In this document: positions 39,564 to 53,819 of the stretch, piece after piece
Position numbering within the stretch: position 1 is the first letter of the stretch
How the letters are laid out: the number at the start of each line of letters is the position of its first letter
Assembly (NCBI GenBank): GCA_051362555.1
Contig: CM120641.1
Coordinates: forward strand, 25,116,401 to 25,180,400
Direction: 5' to 3'
Source of the DNA: Lingula anatina
Lineage: Eukaryota; Animalia; Brachiopoda
Length of the DNA: 64,000 nucleotides
The notes under the pieces: generated by a model
The model's input: only the letters and a program-made list of their open reading frames with translations
The model's database searches: none
What the model was told of the DNA's origin: nothing
Made by a program: the position numbers and the translations under genes

Positions 39564-40055
39564 TACTTAAATGCTGGTACATCATGGGATATAATTAAGC
39601 AATGTGTAGGTGGTCAAAAAAAAAAAAAACAGTGCCAAAACATGGCTAAACTGCTGACGTTGGAATATTGGAGATTCCTTTACATGGCAGAAAATATGAT
39701 GGGCATCTTGGATTGGATGAAGTTTTTTGCACATACATTGTACCAAGAAATGTACAGTATTTGTTAATAATGAGTTTAATGATTAGAAAAACCTACAACT
39801 GATATAAATTGAGTATTTTGGAGAAATAGGTACACCATAGAGTTTCTTAAAGTTAGTGTGACGATTTTGAATAAAAAATTGAAAAGAAATAATGTGTGAT
39901 GTGTCCCTGCATCACTACAATTAGTAGTGATAGAAGTCTAATTCTGGATTATCCATTAAGTCTGAATATTTAGGATTTGTGTTTATGCCCCTCTTCAGCA
40001 CTTGCATTTTCAGGATTTTCTTATATGGTCCATTTTCATCCCTGAGTTAAGGTGG

Positions 40056-41592
40056 ACAATAAAGGGAACCGGAGAAGATCAGCATTGGTCAGAATTGTGC
40101 CGGAAGTGACGTGCAGTGGTGTTAGAAACGAAGCTGAGTGGTCATTTTAACATAGAGGTGAACGGCAGTGAAGACGGGTTGTCGGAGGAAAAAGAAGTTT
40201 TCTAAACAACATGGTAAGATAACTCTCTTTTTTTACGCATTTTGGGCAGAGAAAACTTGTAGAAATAATAAATGCATGATATGAAAACGTGACACGGAAC
40301 TTGAAGGTGCAAAATCGTGCTTAATTTGCGGTCAACTTGTTTAGAAATAAATGCTGCGTCGACCGCCAGCGCGACAAAAAGCGTAAAGGGGAAATAATTC
40401 CCGGGAGTCTATAAATTGTTGTCATGTGGAAATTTGGCATTAATATAATCCGATATGTCCATATCTAAGTATTTTGGGGTGTTTTATGGTATGGGCTGCA
40501 ATTACAACGAAGTTTTAGAGGTCTTGAAGGACCTTGTGAAAACCAGGAAGTAGTTCGTAACTAACAAGTGGAATGTACCGATCTCCGACTGCTGTGCACA
40601 GCTGTATCTTTTTTTCAATATATTGACGAATTTTTAGATCTTGATATGTCCATCTGGCATGAAATTCCACACACATGATCACACTGATATACCTTTTACA
40701 CTGGGGAAGGCGCTAATCAGTGACAAATGCCAAGACAAAGGTGACATTCTGACAGCCTCTTATCTGAGTTAAAAATCACTGACAAAAGAGACTGGCAATC
40801 AATTTCCTCAGGCTGGCAATCATTAGCCTATAGAAATTGGTCATGTTACATCTTATCTACCTGTGAGAATCGTTTTACCAACTGAGTATTGTATAATAAT
40901 GTCAATTATTAGTACTTTGAGCTAGTCTTAATTACCTGTCAGCTCACCTGAATTCTCTTTTTGTCTTTTTGGGAAGATCTTGTCAGTGAAATGTTTTATT
41001 TGTCCTGTGACAAAAATTCGTCAATATATTGAAAAAAAGATACAGCTGTGCACAGCAGTCGGAGATCGGTACATTTCACTTGTTAGTTACGAACTACTTC
41101 CTTGTTTTCACAAGGTCCTTCAAGACCTCTAAAACTTCGTTCTAATTGCAGCCCATACCATAAAACACCCCAAAAATACTTAGATATGGACATATCGGAT
41201 TATATTAATGGCAAATTTCCACATGGCAACGATTTACAGCCTTCCGGGAATTATTTTCCATTTACACTCTTTGTCGCAATGGCGGTCGATGCAGCATTCA
41301 TTTTAAAACAAGTTGACCGCCAATTAAGCACGATTTTGCACCTTCAAGTTCCGTGTCACGTTTTCATATCATGCATTTATTATTTCTACAAGTTTTCTCT
41401 GCCCAAAATACGTAAAGAAAAAGTGTTATCTTACCATGTTGTTTAGAAAACTTCTTTTTCCTCCGACAACCCATCTTCACTGCCGTTCACCTCTATGTTA
41501 AAATGACCACTCAGCTTCGTTTCTAACACCACTGCACGTCACTTCCGGCACAATTCTGACCAATGCTGATCTTCTCCGGTTCCCTTTATTGT
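40056..41592. mobile_element. 1.5-kb foldback element with ~580-bp inverted arms
   Basis: 40056-40635 is a near-exact reverse complement of 41012-41592; spacer ~376 bp; no clear TSD; superfamily unassigned. Confidence 0.8.
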
Positions 41593-42202
41593 GGGGAAAC
41601 TTAGGGTGGTGGTATGGAGGGTGGCTGTGTTTAGGTGACTCTCTTATAACATAGTTAGGCTATTAATTAACTGTATTTAATTAAGAGGACCTGAGGCTCA
41701 GTTGCACATAACCTACTCTGCTCCTGTTATCCTGTCTGAAGAGAATGGCAAAGCACAGTGATATTTACATGATAAAGTAATGAAGGTGAAAAGACTTGAA
41801 TTCAGTAAGTTTGTTCTTTAAAAAAAAGATGGAAGATTTGAAGAGTTATTCATGTATGCTCTGATTTGAAATGTTATTCCAGGGCATTGGACAATGACAT
41901 AGAAATCTATGTTATCCTTTGACTTTTATTACAGATGTATGAGAAAGGGGAAGGGGGGGGGACTACGAAGCATTCGCACAAGTTAAGGCACAAGGAAAAA
42001 AGACGATGTTTCAGTTTTTCTTTGAAATATTCAAAATGAAAATTATTGTAACTGCATCCATTTATTTTATTTTGGTAGGACATGCATGACCATTTCTTGT
42101 TACATTAATGGTGTCTCCAACATGGAACTATTTGTGTCAGTCTGCAAAATTAAAAAAATGGTGTGTCAATAATAATGATATCATTTATAAAGATGAGACA
42201 TT

Positions 42203-42427
42203 GGGTGCTTTCCCAGAGATTTAGATCGATCTAAAGATTAAGTTTTAGATCGACCTAACTCCCTGGGGGTTCACGCTAAATTGCAGTCAGCCGAGCGGGC
42301 ACCATAGTTAATTACCCCCTTACAGCTTTTAGTAGGCAGGACAGACGCTTAAGCCGGCCAAGCTTACAGTAATCTAGTGAGACTCCCCACAGGGATAGAT
42401 CGATCTAAAAATCTATGGAAATGGGGT
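42203..42427. mobile_element. Degenerate Harbinger-like MITE
   Basis: TTCCCAGAGATTTAGATCGATCTA pairs with TAGATCGATCTAAAAATCTATGGAA. Confidence 0.45.
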
Positions 42428-44562
42428 GTTTGTGTTTCTTTCAATTTTTAAAGTTTTATTCATATTCCATACTTATGCATTTTTACATTAAACTTTCAGC
42501 TGGCATTTTTAAAATTTTAATTCAAAGCTTTTGTAGAACTTGCTTATGAAAGCCTGATTGACTAAAATCACAAATTGATAGAATTACATCAGGATAAATG
42601 ACATTTTGAAATGGATAATTGGTCCAGGCGTCTGTTGTTGGACCACTTAGTTACATATGAAGTCAGCACAGATTCCATGTAACAGCATATAATGTAAATC
42701 ACTACTACCAGTTTTTTAATCGACTTATATTAAGTCCAAATGTCAATTTATAATATAGATTATATAAGATACACCAAATTAACTATGCAGTCAGTCAAAA
42801 GAAAAGCTCTAAAACTACCCCTTCTTCAAATTTCTGGTTGTAAATTTGACATATCTATCAGCCCCTCCAGTTTGTAAAAGTCCGTCAAATGATGTAGTAA
42901 TGAATGACATGCTGCTACTTCATAGCATGATATAGTTCAGATGAAATGACCTAGGGTTATATAATGCACAGAAAGTAAGAAAATACCTAAAATGATACCC
43001 TTTGGTATTTCTTTAAGTTATTTTATTTAAAGCTATATGGTGGCATTTGATCGGGTTTAGTTTCTGTGTTATTAGTTTATTGAGTTTGCTTAATCTCCTT
43101 TTAAATACACAGGTAAATGGGTAAATGAAATGAAGAGCACCATAATTACAAAAACAAATCTATCTTCATTAACACTCCCCTAGGCAATCTGCTTCCCTGT
43201 GTTTAACTATATTTTGGTTGAATTTTAAGCTCATGTGTACAGAATTTTTGTCAAATTCTAAGTTAATCCTAATACTGGAACATGTATTAATTTAATATGG
43301 GAGGGAGGGGCATGCATATGCATACAAACAAAAGTAAACGTGCTTCAAGGTAGTGTGCGCGCTACAACCAGGAAGTTGTTTTAAACTTCAAGTTATTTTG
43401 TTCAGTGCTGCTAACCCAAAATGCTATTGTTGTTGCTGGTATTGTTATTTAAATGCATTTTACTGCATTATGAAATGGCTAAAGAAAAAATTGTTTGGAA
43501 AGGGTAGGGTTTCAAAGCTGGGTGCTGGGGGGGTAGAATTCAACCATTTACGGGAGTTTAAATTTAAAAACATAACACCACACAGGTGAACTATCTTAAC
43601 AGACTGATATACAGAGAAATGCTAGTGTCTGGAACTCAGACTTGAGAGTTTTACATGTATCCTCAAATAATAGGGGGAAAAAAGATGTCACTTTGGTGAA
43701 ATCATCTTTATTCAGCTCACAAGACGAATCTTACATGCAAAACACATTTAAAGTGAAGTGAAGTACACTTTTCAGTGAAGAAGGGTTTGAAGTTGTCTTT
43801 AATTACAAAGGTAAGTAGAAAAAGAGCAACTTAAGTAGCTTAAATTTTACTTTATTAAAATTTGTTGTGCATGAAGTAGAATTTGAGTTTGTAACCAAAG
43901 GGAATATCCATGATTAATTTAAAAAGTCTCATTCGACTTAATAAGATTTTGGAAAAAGAGTTTTGTTTAGCAGAATAATAATATAATTTTAGTAATGTAT
44001 ATGAAAAAGATGTGCTCCCATGTCATGTTAGGTGTGACATCTCAGCAATAGGTGAAAAAAGCAAATAGTTTTTCTTTGCTATAGTTTGTTTCTCTTGAAA
44101 AGGGTTTCTATTGATCAGACTATGCTTAAAAGTGGATGAAGAAGTGCAACCTGAGTTAGTTTTTCACCTTATTTTTTTTAATGGAAAAAATGCAGTGAGG
44201 AGGAAATTTTAAAAATGGCCCCAAGAAGACCTAAAAGGTGACCAGTATAAGATTTTCCTGTGAAAAAAATCATACTTAATGAAATCTGGGGTAAATGGTA
44301 TTTTCTCCAACTAACCAATCTTTAACCCTTTTTTCATCAGGCCTACCCAACTACCAGACTCGGCACATAAGGATCCTGAATTAACAGGTGTATCGGACCA
44401 CACTACCCGTTTTCAAGGTGTGTGTCAGATCGCATTTCGGAGTATCAGTCAGAACACCGACAGGATGAGCCCACACTCTGCTATCACCTTGATTGGATAG
44501 TAAACGATTGTCGTAAAATTGCTATATGATTTGAAAACCGGGGGCATAAATTTGAACACCAC

Positions 44563-44726
44563 CTAGACAACCTTAGACTGCCACATTAATCTAATACAAT
44601 GCAAAAAAAGCCCCATCAAAAGTGGTTAAAACATTTAAACCGAATGTCGTAAAGTCCCCATATACCCCCATAGAGACAATAAAATAGAGTACTCTAAAGT
44701 AAGAGTTCAGTCTAAGGTTGTTCTAG
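44563..44726. mobile_element. Small MITE inserted in the left TIR of the 44338-48790 element
   Basis: TAGACAACCTTAGACTG / CAGTCTAAGGTTGTTCTA; absent from the equivalent position of the right arm. Confidence 0.7.
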
Positions 44727-46150
44727 TATTAACCTTTTTCATCTTTTGCGGAAATACGAAGTGCGCATGACAGGAACCGCGCGCCACAGTGGTCATGGTG
44801 GTCCTCTGCTGTTTCCAGCATGGCAATGCTAGGTGTAGATGATGTACAAGGTGCGCATATAAAAAGGTCGTATGAAGCGTGCATTGCTTTCTGGCAAACT
44901 AAAAAGGTGGCTGAAGCACAGAAATGCGTAAACTGTAGGCAAGATACATCTATTTGGACGGAGAATCAAGCAATTAAATGTTTTCTTTCTCAGTTTAAAT
45001 ACGATGCGCTGTACAACTAGACTTCACCTAAGCGTCCGAGCCTTGGCTGCGCTGTCAGTAGTGATGACGAACTAAAGCTTCAGAGTTCTTTTAAATGCTT
45101 CTGATTATAAATATATGCGAAAGAGACTCGTTATTTTTTTATGTATAAAATCAAAATAGCTAGTAGACTCGTACACAGCTTTCAAGAGTGTGGACAGGTG
45201 CGTAGGCCTACGTCTTCACAATAGGCCTATTACATGTAGGCCTACATATGCAAGCTGTGGCGATATCACCTCATTTACCGGCAGTGTCAATTCTTTACGA
45301 TTTTTATGTTTTGTTTGAAGGATGTCTTAAGATATTTTTGAAGTGATAAAATGAAAAGATTCCCTGCATTGTTTGACCGGTACCTACTGTGTATACAGGT
45401 AAAACTGATACGCAGATCGTTCGTCGGTGAACTGATTTAATCGTTTGGTACCTGATAAGGCATCAGGTGTTACTTGTTCAATTGTTCGGTAAGGGGGGCG
45501 GCCACAACTACGACCTTTCCTCTGTAATTAAAACCTTCTAATTTTAAGTGTTAAATAGGTAAGACAGGAATTCTCGACTCTTTCCCAGAAGATAATTAAA
45601 GTTTACCGTGTCTTACTCTAGTATGTGTACAAAATTTACGACAGGTAAAAAATGTCAAACTTTCGTATCTGTTGATCTTGATAATATTAGCCCCGTTTGT
45701 ACAAATCAGTAATATGTATACGGGACTGGATACATAATAATAAAATTTTTATATCACGTTAAAAAAAAAAGAACCCACCCTACTAAGGGTTATGAGAGAC
45801 TGAAACCTGTGATAGGCATACTACATTTAAAATGATCACTTATCAATAAAACACACACAAAAATGGCATTACATACAAAACTTTTCAAACCTTCTCTTTG
45901 TTGTTACACAAAGAGTCGTGAAAGTTCTTGAATTTTTTGTAAGTAGAATCCTCGTGTAAAACTTAACAACTTTTACTTTCTTTTACCATAATCTCATGCT
46001 TGAAGTCTTTTCTTTATTTTTAGTCCCCAGCCTATTCTTCAATTTTTTCTTCATATCTTTATAATGTTTTTTTCTCGCATTGTTTACCACCGAGTTCTAT
46101 TATCCGATAGTTCGTTATATCCGTTGATTTACTAAGCATTTCTGTTTTTT

Positions 46151-48230
46151 ATGTACAGACACAGATGTGTCTGTACATATTGCCATCACCTGCGTCTGTC
46201 GTCGCCGTCGCCGTCCCTGTCGCCGTCCCTGTCGCCGTCGCCGTCGCCGTCGCCGTGCACTTTCATCGTTAACACGATAAGTGGAAGACAGTTTTACTTT
46301 TTGGCTTTATATTTACAGAGCTGATAAATATTTATAAAACGCAGGTCAAGTTCGAAAATCAGCATGTTTGGGCAATTATTGTAGAAGTTATGCTGTTTTT
46401 TCACTTTTTAGCTTATATGCAACACTGTTAACACATTTCAAGGAAAACCGATAGGCCTGTTGTCATGAAACTCACAGGAGTAATCAATCTCACTAAAACG
46501 CAGGTCAAGTTCAAAAATCAGCATAATCGGACCATTATTTTATAAGTTATGCTGTTTTTTCACATTTCCTCAGATTCAATTCTTAGGCATGTTAACAGTC
46601 TCTTTATTTAATTAATAAGATACGTAAAAGTGTTTGTTTGACATTTCCTGCATCTTTACAACATTGTTAGTTGATTACGTAAAAATGATGTTAAACCTGT
46701 AATCGTGTATTGTGTAATAAGGTGTCAAAAATGGAAATAAACTCATATCATTGCAGTTTGTAAGATTCAATCATTCATTATGTTCAGAAACTCAGAATGG
46801 AGGAAATTGGACATTTGACACTGTTCTATTGATATTTTTCACATCTCATCAATTTTCTTAGTTGATCATAAAAAAATGGCAGTAAACTGTTAATTTTGTT
46901 TTATGTTAAAAAAGTGTTAAAAATGGAAATAAACCCATTTCAGAATAGTGCTGTCTTGTTTCACATTTCCTCAGATTCAATTTTTAGGCATGTTAACAGT
47001 TTCATTATTTAATTAATAAGATAAGTAAAAGTGTTTGTTTGACATTTCCTGCATCTTTACAACATTGTTAGTTGATTTTGTAAAAATGATGGTAAACTTG
47101 TTATCATGTATTGTGTAATAAAGTTTCAAAAATGGAAATAAACTCATATCATTACAGTTTGTAAGATTCAATCATTCACTATGTTCAGAAACTCAGAATG
47201 GAGGAAATTGGACATTTGACACTGTTCTATTGATATTTTTCCCATCTCATCAGTTTTCTTAGTTGATCATATAAAAATGGCAGTAAACTGTTAATTTTGT
47301 TTTATGTTAAAAAAGTGTTAAAAATGAAAAAAAAAAAAACATTTCAGAACAGTGCTGTCTTGTTTACATTTTGGCATTTTCAAGTTGTGACTTTGAAGTT
47401 CCATGGGCCTGAAGACCTTTGCTAGTCACATTTTCTGAATATCCATAATACTAATATTTTATTATTAAAAATTGATGGTCATTATGCTGTTAAACGTTAT
47501 GTAATATTGCATCAAAATTTGGAAAAAAAATATTTTGGGCACTGCTCCCATGATGACCATTTAAGAAAAATCATGTCACTTACTGTTCTCAAACTTACAG
47601 GAAAGAAACATGGGACTAAAATACAGCTTCAGTAGGCAATGCAGTCTGTTTGGTAATTCTTTCTGCTAGTTAAACAGTTTTTTTGTGAAAATTTAATTTT
47701 TCACATATTGCCATTTTCAAGGTGTGACTTTGAAGTTCCATGGGCTTGAAGACCCATGCTAGTCACATTTTCTGAAAATCCATGATACGTATATTTTATT
47801 ATTAAAAATTGACGGTCATTATGCTGTTAACCATTATGTAATATTGCATCAGAATAGAAGAAAACACAATTTTGGGTGCTGCTGCCATAATGACCATTCT
47901 GGGAAAACCATGTTACTGATGATTGCCAAACGTTCAAAAAAGAAATACAGGACTAAAATGCAGCCTGAGTTGGAAAAGCAGTCTAATTGGCTTCTTTTTC
48001 TGGAAGTTATACATTTTCAAAGTGTGAACTTGAACTGCCATGGGCCTGAAGCCTTATGCTTGTTACACATTTTACTTACATTGGTATTACCTGTTGAGCA
48101 TAATTAAAATTTGATGTTGAATTTGCAGTTTAACATAATATACTTTTGCATCAGAATTGACAGTAGCCTATTTTGTGCATAGTTATTTCCTGCTTTTTGT
48201 CTGTACATTTGACAGCTTTGCTGCCTTGTT
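46151..48230 (+). mobile_element. Full-length HINE family A copy (~2.1 kb)
   Basis: Both termini present, (GTCGCC)n tract, ~160-bp and ~400-bp internal repeats. Confidence 0.88.
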
Positions 48231-51200
48231 ATTAAAGCGCCGTTGATCTCCTAATATTATAGTTTTTCTTCCCGCCTTCGAAATGTTCAGCGCAAACGCG
48301 GTGCCCTGCTTTTGATCCAAACCTGCTATATTTTTCTTTCTTTCTACCATATTTTTCATTCTAACGGGTTTGTTGGGAACTTATTAAACCTCATGTGTCG
48401 ATCTCGCTTACTGTTATTGTAGCAGCGGGACAAAAAGCACATAAACCCAGCCATGGTTTTTAGCACCACTGTAAGTGTTTCGACGTAGCAGGGCTCCCCT
48501 ACCCACAATGCAATTTCCATTTCCGGAAAAGATGAAAAAGGTTAATAGGTAGTTTTCAAATTTATGCACCTGGTTTTAAAATCATATAGCGATTTTACGA
48601 CAACCGTTTACTATCCAATCAAGGTGACAGTGGAGCGTGGATGAGCCGGCAGTCGTCCTAAAAAAATTTGTTCTGGGATATGATACTCCGAAATGTGATC
48701 TGACACACACCTTAAAAACGGGCAGTGTGGTCCGATATACCGGTTAATTCGGGATCTTTATGTGCCGAGTTTGGTAGTTGGGTAGGCCTGTTCATGATAC
48801 TTGCCATAACTTTGTAACAATCTAGTAAAACAGAGTTTTTCAAAAGTACTCAAGATTAATCTTAAAGTTTATAAACACTTATTTTTTATTGAAAAGGACC
48901 ACCTTTTATTGAATTTATAAAAGGACAAGGAATGCTTTTTTATCATTTTCAACAGATAATTAAATTCCATGATTTGATGTCACCAAAAAATCTAATTTAT
49001 TATCTCCTTATGAACCTCACCACCTGTCAACACATTTGGAAATTTTTGAATCTTGAGCAACCCAGAAGTCAGTGCTCAAAGTGAGGGCAGAAATTGAATT
49101 GGTTGGTTAGCCAGAGAAAAAAATGCAAATTTCACCAGGAAAATTTGTTAGGTATGATTTTCTGGAAAATGTTTTGCTGGGCACCTTTAACTAAATGAAA
49201 AATTTATCAAATGGTCGTCCATTTGTATTTCAGGATTTTCACTTGGTATTATGTCCATATAATGGCATTCCAAATGAAGCAGATAGAAAAGTGTCTCATT
49301 CAGAAAAACTTGAGCATTTGACAGATATGTTCTCATCAGGATTATTGCCTGGAAAAAGTTCCATGGATACCTTGGTGTTATGTGAAAAAAATTCTGACAA
49401 TTTTTGATAATTATTCTATCCTAGAAATATTTTTAAATTGCTGACTATTTTATTTTGTTGTTTCAGAGGCATTGCAACAATTTTAAAGTGGGAAGGAGAA
49501 TTGAGGAGGCTTCACAATTCAGGTATTGGATTAAGGTAGGGAGGGTGGGTGGGATTGGAGCAGAAGTTATGTGCTCATCCCACATGTAGATGAAAAAATT
49601 GTGTATGTGTGTGTATGAATTGGTACCATGGAATGAATCATCACTTTCACTTAAGGTCCTCTAGCTTGAATACATATTTATTATCTTTTCTATATACTAT
49701 ACTGCAAAGACTTTTTCAATTATGGAGTGCTAGGGGCTAATGAAGTCACTGTCCACTCCAGCTAATTACTTAAGTTGATTTCCAATCTGAGAAAAGATAT
49801 TTGAAAGATCTAGTGGTGATTGCTCTAAGAACAGGGTTGTCAGTTTAACAACAGGGCCAGGGTCTTTTACTTATAGCAGAGTTATATTTTGTTTGTAAGT
49901 TGAATTTCCATGTCAGGCAGGGCACCCCTAAATAAGGATCGTAGTCACACCTGCACAAAAGCCAAAGTAAAGCCATTATTTTGCACATAAAAACACACTG
50001 AAAAAAAAAACATGCTTCTACATTTTGATAATCTGGCTTTCATTATTTAAATTTTTACATTTCTAGACATTCAAGATGAAACTTTAACTTGGCAAATAAT
50101 CTGTCTGCAGTGGTTTCTATGGACATTGTACCATGTGATGTCTTTTTGGAAATGTTTTAAGAGTCTTGACCCAGATTTTGTAAGTCCTTCCAGAGTGAAC
50201 CACCAAACAAACCTGTTCAATACAGGTGTAAACATAACGTGAAAAAAAATTATCCACCTTGTACACAAAACCCTTGGGCATGGGAGCCATGCTTTCAGAC
50301 AAATTACATACATGTGCATGTAAGAGCAATGAAAGCAAGGACGTTTGATAAATAAACAATGATTTCAAAAGAAAAAAAGAATTGGCACACACTGCATGCC
50401 AATTGAGCACTTCAGTTGGGCATATTGTACAGCATAAAACTGATTGTTTACTAACTGGGGCCACTCTGTAGCTCAAATTGAAAGAAAATAAGTGAGGAAA
50501 CTGTAGGGCCTACTTTCTTTCTTTTTGGTAGCCTACCCTTTTGATATGAATGTAAAGAAATTAAATGCTCTTTAAATTTTTGAGGTAATGCTTTGTGTTA
50601 CATTACTGACACTTTTTTTCAGCAGAAACAGTTAAAAAATAAGAGTAAGAAAAATGAAGTTGCTTATCCTTATATGTGTACAGTATAAATATTACAAGGT
50701 GTGTAAAGTTTATTTACACACCTTGGCAGAGTGTACAATTTTAGTTTGATAACTTTAAACTAAAAAAAGCAACATCTGTTTGGGCCATGACAACAGAAGG
50801 TTAAGTGTACTGCGACACCTATTATTTCTTTTCTTTTTAAATTTATTGACTGCTCTTCAAATGAACTGAACTCTTACTCTGGCATTTGTTATTGGAAGAT
50901 TTTACTTCTAGAACTGCTACCACAGGTTTCAGTCTTAAGGGTAAATATAACCATCACAACATCTACATAACTTGGTGAAATACTGTCCTTAAATACAGAT
51001 GCAAATTATGAAATAATCTAAAAGACAATGGGATTGATACAATATATTGCTGAATATTTTGTTTGCATAACTGAAAAAATAATTTCTGTTTTGTTGCTGT
51101 CTCTGAACAACCTAGTTTTTCACAAATTAAAACTGGATTTAAAAAACTGCTACATGCTGTTTCCCCTCTGATCTACCATGGTCAAATGTCCACTTCACTT

Positions 51201-51685
51201 ACATACAGTACATTATCATGGCTTATGCTGGATAGAATGATTTTTTTTTTTTTTGTAATTTTTTTGGTGCCCTCTTTTGGAGAAACTGGGCAGTAAACTG
51301 GTTCTGAGGCCACCCTTGGTTCACAAACTGAGTGAGCATGAATATTCTTAATCTGATATGATCATTGATTGATATACCTGCAGGGCTCTATAATAACTTT
51401 TTCAGACACTTGCCCTTTGGGCAAGTTACTGGCAAAATCTACTTGCCTGAACTGGAAACTCCCCCGAATTTTACCAAACAAAAAATGAACACTGTTTATA
51501 TCTTTCTTCATTTCAATTGTATTCTGGTGTTTGGGGTTCCTATTCTGTAAAATATCTGAAATGTAATGATAGTCTAGGATATGTCTGAGATATTGCCTGA
51601 GATAATGCTTCAAATCTGCAATACAGAATAAAAAGAATAATGAGTACAAATATCGTCATCCTTTCTTGTCAAATTTCCCAGCTTC

Positions 51686-53614
51686 TAGAAGAGTCGCCCA
51701 TCACAATCATCATTGATGCGACGGCATCTCTGGCCTCCATGCAGCCACCTGTTATACGCCCTGGCTGCATCAAATGCCTCATATGATTCACCCTCAATGG
51801 AAATGAGAAGAAGGTTATCTAACATGCTGGTGGCCAAACTTGCTCACCAATCTGTTTTCACTCTCTTCAATGCACTGAATCCACGTTCACAGACAGCTGA
51901 AGACATGGCAGTCACTAAAAAAATTTCCACTACCATACTGATGTCATTGAATCTTCTCTGTAATTCTTCATCTGTAAACAACATGGCCCATGTATTCTGA
52001 ATGTGTGCAGCATCACGTCTACCCTTCACATTCACTCTGTTCATTACCAAAGCTTTAAGTGCTGGCCACTTCCTGAGAACTTGGTTCTGGTCACACCCAA
52101 GTCCTTGCAGCAACTCATTAAAATGAGCCATTATAATTTGGAGATCAGCATTTCCGTGTACAGCCAATTTGAGCTTCTTCTCACGGCCAAGAACTTGGTT
52201 CAAAAACTCCAGCCATGGCCTTTAGCACTGGAACAGTATCATGATGGTAATTTTCTAACCTTGTATTCATTTTATCTTGAACACTGGCAATAACCTCCCG
52301 CTTTAACTGTATAAACTCCACATCTTGATCTCCTTCCTGATCTAATGGCATGTTTTGGAAATTTCCTTGAGCTGTTTCTTCAATGAATTTGTTGAGATTT
52401 GGTCCATTTTCTTCATTCAACTGGACTAACTGGATATTGGCCGTACTGAGACCTTCCAATTAACATCTGACTGTCAGTTTAGCCTGTTGAAAACACCTAT
52501 TAGACAAGTTATTATGTCCAAAACATCTAATAATAAATGCATGAATCTGAGGACTTTGTAATTCTTCAATTTGCGAACTAAAAATAAAGCTCTTCCTTGC
52601 TCCTTTGCTGTGCCCTGCCTTGACTGTGTGATATCTTCCAAGTGACTCCTAATAACCCGGTAACCTCTCAGCAACACTTCCATAGCTCTCCCCATATGGG
52701 GTAGCCATCTTGTCCCTTGAAGACGCACTGGTTTAAGCACTTTCGTGCCCTCAAGGATTTCTGCCACAGCCCTGAATTCCCTCATGGCTTTTGCACTGTA
52801 GTGGTAGTGTTTGTGGATTTTGGTGAGTATATCCACACAAACTTCTAGAGTCTTGTTCTGCTTTATACATGTACCTGGAATTATAATAAGGATTCAATTG
52901 TGACATAATTATAGATTACTTCACAAATACTGAAACCATATCACTTATTCTACTAAAGTTGACTATATTATTATTATCTTATAATATTATAAATCTTTAT
53001 ACCATAAAATATAATACATTTTACTAAAATAAACTTTAAATACTACACCATAATTATATATTGTACTTTCTATTCTACATATATTTAAAAAAAAACTCCA
53101 GTCAAGATTAGGAGAATGATCCAAAATCTTAAGTTAAATTGACAGGCTTATGTTTAATTGCCTATTACTCATTATAATTGTTGCAGCTTAAGTTCAACAT
53201 CAATAAATACCTTCATAAACACCAAGCTCAAGCCTGTGAGCAACACAATGTATAGGCATGATATAGCCATGGATGTTCTTAAACCTGGTTGCAATACTGT
53301 TGTTCTGCCCGAGATTAACCGAGGCCCCATCAGCACCGATGGATACAATCTTGTGTCTCCAATCCTCCAAAGCTTTGGAATCCAATCCTGCAGAGATGGC
53401 ATAAAAGATACCATCAGCATTAGCATGTTGAGGTGCTACTACTTTAAAGTATACTTGTCTTGGATACCCATCCACCATGTACCGACAGTAGATTAGTTCC
53501 AGCTCTGCCACGCTACAGTCTGTTGACCCATCAAACATAATACTCATTACCCTACACTGATTCAACTGTTGGATTTGGGCATCTCTCATGCCACTTGCTA
53601 TGCTGGTAATGAAC
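51686..53614 (-). pseudogene. hAT-superfamily transposase remnant (ZNF862-like), 5'-truncated and frameshifted
   Basis: Motifs SIMFDGSTD, GADGASVNLG, IHCVAHRLEL, QGTRW, SSAVCERGFSALKRVKTDW; intron ~52875-53168; several frameshifts and stops. Confidence 0.85.
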
Positions 53615-53719
53615 CTACAAATATATTAAAAGCCAACTGTTACAAGTCAAGTTCAACTGTTCCTATTTTTTGAAAAAATAATACCTATTTTCTTATTTTC
53701 TGAAAGTCCATTATAACTT

Positions 53720-53819
53720 GACGTCCTGTTATTGTATCAAAATTGACAAAATTACCTATTTTCTGCATCTTCATTTTCTGCTTTTTGTCTGTACATTTGA
53801 CAGGTTTGCTGCCTTGTTT
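53720..53819 (+). mobile_element. HINE family A 3' fragment
   Basis: GTCTGTACATTTGACAGGTTTGCTGCCTTGTT terminus. Confidence 0.7.

Larger units (their letters stand above)
44338..48790. mobile_element. hAT5-like non-autonomous element with ~270-bp imperfect TIRs
   Basis: CAGGCCTACCCAACTACC ... GGTAGTTGGGTAGGCCTG; 5-bp TSD TTCAT (44333-44337, 48791-48795); inverted similarity extends 44338-44756 vs 48519-48790. Confidence 0.85.

Noticed and set aside
40047-41609. ttaaggtgg / ttagggtgg as a TSD of the foldback
   Set aside because: The right copy is 8 nt away from the arm end and has a mismatch.
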